A DNA stretch of 63,828 nt, counting the filler, from Sphaeroforma arctica JP610 (taxonomy: Eukaryota), in NCBI RefSeq assembly GCF_001186125.1. It is 5 parts of 2 records of this genome, joined end to end, with 100 filler letters (N's around TTAATTAATTAA, not from the genome) between each part and the next. Parts side by side here need not be neighbours in the genome. Positions count along the whole stretch, not along the records: positions 30,700 to 51,306 come from NW_014040554.1; positions 51,407 to 61,567 come from NW_014040554.1; positions 61,668 to 63,828 come from NW_014040552.1; 2 more parts are not named here. One strand, given 5' to 3'. Of the stretch, positions 39,046 to 63,828 are shown piece by piece (position 1 is the first letter of the stretch; every line of letters starts with the position of its first letter). A program made the position numbers and the translations under genes. Under the pieces are notes generated by a model. The model made no database searches. It worked only from the letters and a program-made list of their open reading frames with translations, and was not told the DNA's origin.

Positions 39046-40719
39046 CCAGGTGAATACACTGTACGACATACGCCGTATGCCTTTTTTATATACATAATAT
39101 TCTTGTGTTGATTGTTTTTGAAAAACAAAAGAATGTATATATGTATATTGTTGTAAATTTAAATTAAAAATTCAATATGTATGTACCGACATAAAATTTA
39201 AAAATAAATCAATATATTTTTAAAAACAAAAATTTATTTATGTAAAATATTTATGTAAATCAGTATTTGCTTTTTTTTTAAATAGCGATTTAAAAAAATA
39301 AATGTACTTGAATATTGTAATTGAATTTTTAGCAAAATACCTTTTGTTTTGATTTGTTTTTGGTTAATAAAAAAAACAAACACAACACAGGATGTATTCT
39401 ATTGAACAGGAAAAAAATTGCATAAAAATATAATATGCCAGGGGATGGCCGTAGGCCGCAGGCCGCAGGGGCCGCCATCAAGGGGGCGCAGTGGCCATGT
39501 TCTAATGTATAATTGCCTATGGCCCTACGAGGCTATGCCTAACCTCATAAAGTTTAGCGTTCAAACTTTTATAATCAAAAAGTTTTACGTTCAAAATCAA
39601 ACTTTTAAGTTTTATATGGACCACTGTCAGTCGGATGGGTGCAATTTTCTGGTCATAGTGTCAATATTAGAATTGTCCCTCTTTTTTTTCAAACAGCCCG
39701 TCGGCTGGCGCCCGCTGTGATGCGCCTTTTATTGATACGTTATTTTACATGCTTTCCTTTCTGATAGACTAACTCCATAGTAAAATAAATCATAACCATT
39801 CAAAGAGTTCAGAATGTTGAGCATCTTAGAAATGATTTGCCAACAGCAGCAACCCTTCGCAGCCACGATGAAGCTTGTGAATCAAGATGCCGATGTCAAA
39901 AAAATTCAAGACTTATTGTCCGGGACCGGACTGGCGGATTTGAACGTCGATTTAAACTCTTAGATATGATACAAGACGAGCTTGAAGTGCAACCAGTACT
40001 TCGACATGCGACTCAGAAGCGCAACATACGTCGAAGGATAGACACAGCGCATGTAGAATCGCCTGCCGTCGGCGCATCCCGAAAGGCGACGTGCTTCCAG
40101 GCAAAGAATTTCACACTAGCCTTGATCGATCTAAACTATACATGTGAATATATCATTCTGCCGGGTCTGTATACCGCGGTCAACAGGTCCGCAATTCCCT
40201 CTGTACTGGAGGCTCCTCAACCTAAGCCCACTCGGTTGTCGCAGTGTGTATCTTATGATTGGCTTCCCTGGTCGACAGTTACAAACACACCACAGGGCAC
40301 GGTAAACTTGACATGCACAAAACGCACGTAGCAGCATATAGCCCCTTGAACGACAGGACGGAACAAATCCCTCAGATGAACCGTTGTACTCTTGAATATA
40401 TCTTCGTATAGAAGAAAATTATCAACATACAACTCCTGCCAACGAATATTGGGTAACTTTTGCATGTAGTTGAACATGATAGCATGATGAATGGGGAATA
40501 CAACCTTTCTGTAGGACTCAAAATCACAATGTACAATAAGATAATAGGGCCCCATGTCACCATTGTCTGCAAACTAGTGCAGAATGACTTAACTACCAGG
40601 CCAAAATCTAACGAGAATGCCCACTTTGCGACATAGGCTCTTGAAAAATCTATTTATATGCTGTTGATGAATATTGTTAAGTCATCGGTCTAATGTTCCC
40701 TGTGCATTTCATTCTGACA

Positions 40720-49564
<8,845 letters not shown>

Positions 49565-51202
49565 CACTGTAATAGTCGAAGACCTCGTCAAAATGTATGT
49601 ATATATGTACTAACGATTCTAAAGTCGACGGATATTCGATTCAAACAGAGTATTCGGGTGTATGTGCTGTTCCCAAGTTGTTTCTAAGCACCATTTTTTT
49701 TTGCGATTGAACAATTACAAATCACAGTAATCAGCACTTCGAATGTATGTGGACGTCTGCCACGGTGCGCATACATACAAGTTCCGACTACTGACTGCAG
49801 ATTATATTGTGTGAGTTTGGGAGAACCCCGTTCTATTGCTAAACTGGGGTTGTGATCTCGCATCCGTGAGTCTATTGAGCGCGACTGCAACGCTTTCAAT
49901 ACTTTTCAACCGACACAAACTTGCAGCAGGCTAGTAATTTTATACAAGGCGTTATTGTTTTCAAAATCAAGTTGTCTCATTGAATCCTGATAGGCTATTT
50001 ATATGTGTAAAGTCGTAAATACGTTCCGTAAAAATTGCAAGAAAGATGTACTCCGAGATCGGTGGAGAGATAAGCATCGAAGAAAAACCTAGTTCGAGCT
50101 GATTTAAACCCAAGAACTTTTATTACTCTTTTTTTTTGGTTGGGGGAGGGGAGGGGAGAGGAGGTCTCATTGGCTGAGAAAGAGGAATGTTTTTTATATG
50201 AAAAACCATTTGTCGGCAAAAAAAAACAGTATTTATTCTAAAGACTACAGACGACATCATGCTCAAAGCCTTCTTCTAAATGTATGATAAATTAGAGAAA
50301 ATCACTTAAAGCATAAGCCTCAACACCGTCGGATTTGGTTGACTTCGGCAATTTTTTTTGTCGTTTGCTTGTAATATCAATCAAAAACACACATAAACAC
50401 ACAAAAACACGTACACACATACACGTTAGACTGCTAAAACAACGCATCTGATAGCGTAGAAGCACACTTACGCAGCGTTCATATACTAAGGAAACCATGA
50501 TCTTTCCAACTATCGCGTTGGTTTACGTGAAAATTATAGGTATACCCCCACTTTAAAATTTACATTGCAGTCAGACAACACGGGATCAGACATCACGAAG
50601 TATCCATTCAAATAACACATAACATGAGTAGTACAAGGAGTGTACCGACCACGAAAAAGGAGCTTCATCAAAGCTGCGTGTGCGAGCTTAAATCATAACT
50701 TACCTACCCTCCCGCAAGATCAGACTACCATTAAGGGATGACGTGCGAGCACGTCGATGGATCAAATTATCTCAACCAAACGACAATGATGAATCATGAC
50801 AGAAGGCCTAAGATAAGCGTAAGACATCACATAACAATGCGTTCATCAACGCACGGCACTTTTCGATAGACCAGCTTGTGAATAGGGGTAATGGCGTCCA
50901 CGCAGGGCCCAGCACAATACCACAACTTTTGCATCAGTGGCATGCAGATCGCGCAATACTTAAGGTTGCGCAAGGCAAATATTGTAGGATACAGTGTATT
51001 TGTAAAAATAAGTTGATGAGGTGTGTAGCGAAGATCTACGCAATGGTTGTTAATTTCTTGTTCCTCAACGCGAGAAGAACAGGAAAAAGGCGATATCTTG
51101 GGTAGAAATACTAGTGCGCGATCCATGAAAACGAAGGCAGATAAAGAGCAATCTGGGAGATACAACATCGAAAGTGAAGTATAGAATTACATATTGTAGA
51201 AA

Positions 51203-51306
51203 TACGGCCTCCGGTCAGTCTAAAATATCAAGATCAATTGAGATAATACATTGGTTTTTATTTGTATTTTAAATAATTTAATACAAGCTCTTTTTCCAAT
51301 ATTTCC
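51203..51306 (+). mobile_element. Dispersed ~104-bp repeat, copy 2 (at contig end)
   Basis: Inverted copy of 25766-25869. Confidence 0.7.
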
Positions 51307-51406
51307 NNNNNNNNNNNNNNNNNNNNNNNNNNNNNNNNNNNNNNNNNNNNTTAATTAATTAANNNNNNNNNNNNNNNNNNNNNNNNNNNNNNNNNNNNNN
51401 NNNNNN
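51307..51406. other. Artificial scaffold linker
   Basis: N44-TTAATTAATTAA-N44. Confidence 0.95.
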
Positions 51407-51743
51407 ATATACTGCATTGCCTATCAGTGAAATTACATCGTGCAGAGCTTCTACTTGAAGTCAGAGTACAGCTGTATTTGGCACTCCGCGGGTGCAGTGA
51501 CTGGTTATGGGCATTGCCGTTACGCTCAGATTTGAATACGGCGCACCGCAGTACACTTCGCAATGGTATTTATTCGTTGTGCAGAGGCAAAACGAGAATA
51601 TTCTCGAGCATTTTGAACTTTTGAATCGTTTCTTCGGAGATATATCAAGGTTACAACAAGCAGCGACCTATTTCCATCGAGACATAACATACGCGCAGGG
51701 ACAGGGGTTGAAAGAAAGTCTTATATATGAACTGCCTTCACAG

Positions 51744-52220
51744 ACACTATAGAGACTGAGATGCGGTCCGTAGATGCATCGCATGCAATCACACACAACG
51801 ACTCGGTACGACTGACTGTGCGCAAGCCGCTCACTCTAGTTCTACAACGGGAGGAAGTGGACGTCTCTTGGGGCTTTGGTATACGTAATGGGGTCATATC
51901 CTCGGAAATTGAACCGTAAGTACATGTGCGTGTGTGAATGTTTGTTTGTGAATAAACACAGGTACACTGGACCGTGAGTGTGTATATACCACGAGTGTGT
52001 ATAGTAGGATGTTTTAGGTATAAAATTGATATCTGAGCCGAGGCTCAATATTCAGGATGATTCCTGCAGGTATATCTGAGTTATGTATGAATATATAAGT
52101 ATTGACTGTTTGTAAATGTCAAGTAGCGTTGTAGTACACAGATAGGGATCGCACACTTGGAATCTCCAGATCTATATATATGTATATTCCAGATATATAA
52201 ATATATATATATATATTATA

Positions 52221-52289
<69 letters not shown>

Positions 52290-54704
52290 AATATATATAT
52301 ATATAATATATAATATTATATATATATATATATATACATATACCACGTAGGCCGGTGCGTGTCTTTTCACTTACGTATATAAGTATTTGTAGAGTACAAA
52401 CATCTATTTAGAGACTCTTTGATGTATATCAATGACTCGAATTATTACCATTCACTTTTTCATGGGTGTGCGGAAGTTCCAGAGTCTCGAATATCCAACC
52501 GAAAGCTCATGCTTGTTAGAGGCCACCGGAGTTGTTATAAAGGACCAATTGTTCTGTTTTGTCGGAGGCACGTTCTGCAGTTCGGTTGATTTAATTGGCT
52601 CGTGCGGTTATAGCCAGTCCTTTCTTTATGTCAGTCATTTTTTTTCTTTCTCGTAGGTGTATACTCAAGCCCTATATACTCTTTGTGTGCTCAGAGACTC
52701 GCCGGCAGCTCTGGCAAACCTACCCCCGGACCACGCTATACTGTCTGTCAATGGGAATGAGGTGATCTGTCTGAGTGACGAGGAGCTTAAAAAAGTGTTA
52801 CAAAAGGCTGGGCATGAATTACGGGTCAAACTGAGGTATCGGAAGGAATGTGTTCGTAATTGGCTTGTAAGCATATCACTTTATTTATAGAATTGTTTGT
52901 TTGAATCTGATAGTTATGAACGATTTTATGTATGTATGGAAGGAATCGTGATTATACCCAGTTTTGTCTTGCAATAATTTAAACACAGTGCTCGTATAGA
53001 TAAAAACAGATGTATATAGAAGCTATCAGCCTAGTACTGAACTGCTTCTGTCAACATCAGCATACCGTTCATCATACTCTGACTGATGATATACTGCTTA
53101 TTTGCATTTTCTTTGACAGTGTTCACTGTTGTACATATATGATGCTCGTATCGGGCACTAGCCCCAGTTATGTGTTCCTGGTTTCTCCTTAGTCAAACCA
53201 GTCAGATATGCAGTACAATAGATATACACTGCCCTACACAGTACAATAGATATACAATGCCTCACAATACTTTTGATACGTGTTGAAATCGCAGAAGTGA
53301 ACCATACACCACTCGTGTATGTGTGATGCCACCACATACTTGCGGGTTGAATATATCGTTTGTTGTATGTTCACACCCCAGAGCGGCGCACATGTTTATT
53401 ATTTGTGATACCTGAGCTAAAAATAGAAAATTACATTTCTTGTGATTTGATTTGACATGAAAGAGCCCAGCTTGAAGTGTAGCGGATTTTCGCTATACAA
53501 TCACCGTACCTCTCTGGGTGCTGTCGACGCTCTAGGGCAGCCGCAGGCAATGGATTGTGATCTGAGATCTTCAGCGGTGTAGTCTCCACTCTTCGAGACA
53601 CTAGCGTGCTGTGTATGATGGGGCACTCGGTACACTAGTAGTATATCACACTCGGTACAGTTGCTCAACCTGAATGAAAGCTTCCGCAAGCTGACCTCTT
53701 TATACGATTTTCTTTCTAATTGCTATACTGTCGATTTGCTTGATAACACTCCAGGCACGTAACTGTATACCGGGAGTTGCTGCGAAGTGTAGGGCTCTCT
53801 CTCAAAAGCAGCAGCAAACGAATGTACGGCATGTTTCCCGTCAACACCGAGAAAAAGGAGATTGTCTCGAAGTTTGAGAAGGTTTGTGACTACGATACTG
53901 TTTGCTCTGCACGCGTTAGTCTTCGTAAGTGTGACATGATTGGTGCAAGAGTGTGCTATAATTTTGTATGCTCCCGTGCATATATATATATATATACATA
54001 TATATTTATATATATGCGATCACGAGCGGTGTAATTGTCTATTAATGTTGATTTATTCGTCACGCGCGAAGGACCCTCATATGTACCGAAACAACTGAGT
54101 AAAATAGATGCGTGGGTGGGAATAGCGGCATATTTGTATTTGAATGTCCTCTAAAGGCTTATGTGAGCTGCAAGCCTCATTTTTATCACATCATATGTTG
54201 AAATATTGCTTTTGTGGTAAGATACGAACCATCTTCTTTCTATAATATATCTTGAAATATTGCTCTTGTGCGGATTTTAATGGGTGACGGGTGCCTCGTG
54301 CTACCAATTCCACATCCTCTGCGAATGAAGTCGCGCTTCATCTCTACCTTCCATCCATATGATATGCGTACGAATAATTAGTTGATATCCGATACTCACT
54401 TTAGTTAGCATCTGAGGTGTGATGTGGTGCCGTTTCAACGTAGACAGATCGGAAAAGCAACCAGGGGCATTGATTCATATATATAGAAACCAATCGTGCG
54501 GATGGAAACGTATCTACACAGACATGTATGTCATGTACATGCCGCGTAGCCATGAAGTTCTGCATCTTTCACCGATCTCCAATTGTGCCACAGATTTTGG
54601 ATCCACGGCCAAAGGGGATCAAGGATGATCGAAACTTTCGTGTTCTTAAAGAAGGATATATAGTGAAAGAATTGGAATCAGCCGAGTCATCTTCAGAAGA
54701 GTAA
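51744..54704 (+). CDS. Syntenin-like tandem PDZ protein, 3' partial
   Basis: Exons 51744-51915 (end of PDZ1 ..VRLTVRK, start of PDZ2 LVLQREEVDVSWGFGIRNGVISSEIE), 52695-52835 (DSPAALANLPPDHAILSVNGNEVICLSDEELKKVLQKAGHELRVKL), 53755-53881 (HVTVYRELLRSVG...), probable last exon 54594-54704. Phases are consistent and PDZ2 parallels syntenin GFIFKNGKITSIVKDSSAARNGL..HNICEINGQNVIGLKD. Confidence 0.75.
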
Positions 54705-54908
54705 AGGTTAGGGAAATATAATTTCTACATTGTGAGCTGCTATTGTTGCGAAATTACTACCTGGGGCTTTTAAGGCAAGAAACGTAACATCTGGGCTCAT
54801 CAACTTTCAAAAATTAAAGTTACTGCTGATTGTATCACTATGTATGGCCTCTGAGTACTTTAATAGCTATATACATACGTACATACATACATGCATACTT
54901 ACATACAT

Positions 54909-54954
<46 letters not shown>

Positions 54955-56114
54955 TAACACAATATATATATAACTAAACACACACACACACNNNNNNNNN
55001 NNNNNNNNNNNNNNNNNNNNNNNNNNNNNNNNNNNNNNNNNNNNNNNNNNNNNNNNNNNNNNNNNNNNNNNNNNNNNNNNNNNNNNNNNNNNNNNNNNNN
55101 NNNNNNNNNNNNNNNNNNNNNNNNNNNNNNNNNNNNNNNNNNNNNNNNNNNNNNNNNNNNNNNNNNNNNNNNNNNNNNNNNNNNNNNNNNNNNNNNNNNN
55201 NNNNNNNNNNNNNNNNNNNNNNNNNNNNNNNNNNNNNNNNNNNNNNNNNNNNNNNNNNNNNNNNNNNNNNNNNNNNNNNNNNNNNNNNNNNNNNNNNNNN
55301 NNNNNNNNNNNNNNNNNNNNNNNNNNNNNNNNNNNNNNNNNNNNATAAGTGCTCTATCTTGGGACTTGGCGTACCTTCCTGAAATTGTTTGTAGCACTGA
55401 AGAGATATGGGAAGGTGCTCGGTGGACAACTTAGAAAGGCATTGGCCCATTTCTTCCGATTGACATTCACCATCAAGAAGTTGAACACTTTATCATATCA
55501 AAATTTATAGTCGTCTGTGTGCCGTGGACAAGCTTGCTCTCTGAACGTTAATCCGACAACACGTACGAGACAGCCGTTTACAAACTTACACTCATCAAGA
55601 ATCCGAATCTTAAAAAGTACTTCCGCATCAGCACTTCGGTGTGTTCGTCAGAGATGTTTATTTCTTTCCAATAAATCTATTCGTTTGTTACCTGTGGCAG
55701 TGTACTTTCGATAGGCAAGCAGTCTTGTCTCGAATACCTGAACTCCAATAGCTCTCGGGGTGAACAAGTCGAGTGTCACAGTCCAAATTCGGCATCAACA
55801 GCACATACCATCACTCGCCAGCTGTATTTACCTTATATTCCATGGGCATATGCGCACACTGTTTGTGTCTGTATGGCGCCTTGTCCGTGGCAGACGGACA
55901 GACCTGTACATCTCAGTGTGCAGTCGACTGGAGGCCGGTTCAAATCCCACCAACACGGACACCACCGCTCTTCTTGCCGAGAATCTGCGATGTCTCCGTG
56001 CACACATACAAACCTCGTATTATGGTCCTAGGCTCTGCCCAGAATACATACACGGTCGCCGAATGGCCCAGTCCGGTGTAGAATGTGTATCTTCGGAAGT
56101 GTGCCGATACACCT

Positions 56115-60985
<4,871 letters not shown>

Positions 60986-61567
60986 CTACGCAAGAGCGGT
61001 AGTGGGCAATTAAGGAGGAGTACATGAGGTACTCTGAAGCTCGCTCGAGATAAGTATAGCGGCGAATAAAAGTAGAAATACTGTGGCTATGGATTTCCCT
61101 TGGTAGCATGGCTTCATAATGCGACAGTCGTGATACACCGTAGTGGCTCCACCTCTAAGCCATCGCGTCATCGCGTCTTTGGGGTATCTAAAAGCAATAG
61201 AATGAGACGGGAGATATATCCAAGTCTTATCGTTTACTTATCAGTTAAAATACAGAATCGGTGCACTAACATCAGATTTAGCAAAGCAGGCATACTTTTG
61301 GGTTCAGATTTGGTGCTGAGTCATAGGCTACAAAGCGTGCGTTGTCTGTACTTATGCGGGCGCATAGGAATACTTTCAAATCCAAAGCTGACGCGAAGGG
61401 CACGGTAACACGGCCAGACCGACTTAACTATCTGTAAAGTCACATTCACACTTTTCATGGATAGACGTACAGATATATAAATATATGCACCCCTATTGCC
61501 TCCTTTTAATAGAGGTCTCTGGATAAACGTACAGATATATATATATATATATAGTATATAGTACTAC

Positions 61568-61667
61568 NNNNNNNNNNNNNNNNNNNNNNNNNNNNNNNNN
61601 NNNNNNNNNNNTTAATTAATTAANNNNNNNNNNNNNNNNNNNNNNNNNNNNNNNNNNNNNNNNNNNN
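61568..61667. other. Artificial scaffold linker
   Basis: N44-TTAATTAATTAA-N44. Confidence 0.95.
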
Positions 61668-61701
61668 ATATAATAATATATATATAATTATATATATATA
61701 T

Positions 61702-61750
<49 letters not shown>

Positions 61751-62032
61751 GCGTTATGAATTATTCAGGTAAAGACTTTTACACCTAGTGTAATCGTGCT
61801 GTAAGACACGATGCGTGTAGATTTCCTGACGTTTGATAGATATCGTCGTAATGTTTTACTCAGTCTTGCACCACATGCATCTCCTGATCTTCATTTAAGC
61901 GTCATCATGCCTTTTGCTTTCCTCTAAGGCCGTTGGCTTATGGGATAGCTAAGGGGGAATAATCATGTACGTTTCGAAAGATGTGTTGTTTTGCTGATAT
62001 TGCTTCCTTCGAATTTCAATATGAATAAACAG

Positions 62033-62793
62033 AACTTTGATCGTGAGGTTAATGAGCATGGCTGGTACGGGCTTCTTCTACACGTTGAGGAAAAACAGGA
62101 TGAAACCAAAGATGGTTCTCCGTAAATACGATCCAGTTGGTATGTATGTACCCAAAGCAGTATGTCTTTTCTTCTTCTTCAGATATCAGCTCCCAATTGG
62201 CCAACGGTTCTGTATGCGTACTTTAGGTGTCTTGCGTAATCACCGTTGAGCTATAGGATCGAGTGAGGAATGACGTATCCTTTTTTACTATTGTAAGAAG
62301 TTCTGCACTTCAGTGATGTAGGGCCTCGGTCTATGCAATACTGTTGCTCCTGCACACCAGCAGTGCGCCGGAAACAACTAACTGGAAGTGCTTTGCGGCA
62401 TTAAGCCGTGTTCGCGTATATGAATTTGAACCCCTTAGCTATACCCTCGACGAAGTACATATCTCTGTATACAACGGCATCTCGTCCGCAATATATCGCA
62501 TGTAAATTTATGGTGTCCTCTGTGATGTAGATTCTCAGCTATGCGTCGCACGACTGGTATTTCGGAGCTTCATCAGCATGTTAGCTGGGCTACTTCCAGA
62601 CTACGTATATCGTAGAGACCTCATCGCTATGTTGTATCATTGCCCGGAAAAAGTGGTGAGGTTAAGGATGATTGTTATACAATGTTCAGTTGAGTACATT
62701 CATCATGCAAGCTGGCTCAAGTCAATATTCCTTGTCCTTCATCTACTAGTGAGGCAACATGTGTTGTTCCAGGAGAAGGGAAAGACCAAGTAG
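62033..62793 (+). CDS. MRPL33: Mitochondrial ribosomal protein bL33m, first exon not identified
   Basis: Exons 62033-62139 ([35 protein letters not shown]) and 62750-62793 ([14 protein letters not shown]), joined in phase G|TG; classic L33 signature S.AGTG.FY...K.R....L.L.KYDP.V..HV.F.E. Confidence 0.93.
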
Positions 62794-63828
62794 GTTGGAT
62801 CCTTTAGAATGCTGGCGTGACCAGGCCGACACAACCGAAGATAGTATCTGCGTTAGCCAGGGCCGCCAACAGCCGTAACCAGTTAGTTGCGATCAATAAG
62901 TTAGAATGCGTTCTGGCGACATCACGGCACCCTGAGCGAGTATCGAAGTGAAACCATCGCTCAAACGGGAGTACGTGTAACGGATATGTGGAATATGTAT
63001 TAAAATATGCGAGGGTTGTCTTTGCACGTCGACTTTTGAAGAATCTGGAGTAGTAAGTGCGCCGAGCGCATCTGCTGTGCAAATTGGGTCAGACATTGTA
63101 CATTAATGACATTGTATATAAAAACATTGTGTATAAATGGCGTTGTATATTAATGACATTGCACTCATGTGTCCGTAGCAAATGCAGACAGAGATTTTTA
63201 TTCTGGCGAAGTGAACTTCGGACTTTGTCAATTCGAAGTCAGCAACCGCAGCACATTCGAAAGGTTCTTGCTGCCGATGGCATCCGAGCTTGTCAGGGGC
63301 CGGTGTGTGTCGTGCACGTTGTACGGGTGTACTAAGTGGTCACATAGAGAACTCAATGGACGCAGGGGGGTTTTTTTTCTTAATTTTTTCTTTCTGATCT
63401 CCTTCATTCAGTTAGGATGATACTCACCGCGCTGAATTGGAGTTGTTTATCGAAGCATCTTTCAGGTGGAAATAAGGACATATCGCTAAATATATATAGG
63501 GGATCATTTATAGTGAATTCTTACATTTGAAAAGCCGTCGGGTATTGAGTAGTGTATCACAGAATACTTGCATATTTGCCCGTGCAACCACGCCAGTCTA
63601 CACTTGAAAACGATCAACTCACTAACGATCTTATAAACGAAGTTTACAATTGGCCCGGCTGCAATGAGGTATACTCGTATCTTATCCGAGTGCATCATTT
63701 TCGAACACGGGTAGCTTGAAATGCTGATAAATACATTGGAAATACTAAAGTGTGACCCAGGTTCGTATGTGCACTTTTTGCACTCGAATATATATATGTT
63801 CTAGCAACAAATTAACGTAGAATTATTT

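Noticed and set aside
39837..40572. ORFs of 164 aa (+) and 100 aa (-) downstream of the FYVE gene
   Set aside because: No recognisable domain or convincing exon chain; HCDFES is too little to claim a PolB/Polinton remnant.
50480..51170. Possible gene divergent from the FYVE gene
   Set aside because: Short ORFs with frequent stops; no supported model.
51445..51565. Candidate additional 5' exon of the PDZ gene (donor phase fits)
   Set aside because: The translation is not PDZ-like in the fitting frame, so it was left out of the model.
62804..63460. Possible minus-strand 3' exons near the window end
   Set aside because: Splice-like sites are present, but no frame gave a recognisable, phase-consistent product.

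Overview
Intron-rich eukaryotic scaffold (GT-AG introns, long (AT)n/(CA)n microsatellites, many N gaps, four 100-bp N44-TTAATTAATTAA-N44 contig linkers). Most short ORFs in the supplied track are spurious. Hand-splicing gives eight genes: the 3' part of a Nedd4-family (WWP/Itch-like) HECT ligase (+), a 2.9-kb terminal exon of an FG-repeat nucleoporin (-), a 13-exon mitochondrial-type glutamyl-tRNA synthetase (-), a U-box-vWA gene carrying a frameshift (-), a ~2,200-aa coiled-coil protein with a Rabaptin-like N-terminus and C-terminal FYVE domain (-), a syntenin-like tandem-PDZ gene (+), a GT77-type glycosyltransferase (-) and mitochondrial ribosomal protein bL33 (+). Between them lie three different Ty3/Gypsy pieces, a foldback/MITE-like element, a dispersed 104-bp repeat, tiny CATAG...CTATG elements with 7-bp target-site-like duplications, and several minisatellites. 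The gene mix suggests a unicellular holozoan such as an ichthyosporean, but this is inference only. No CRISPR array, rRNA or tRNA was recognised. Family assignments rest on remembered motifs, not database searches.
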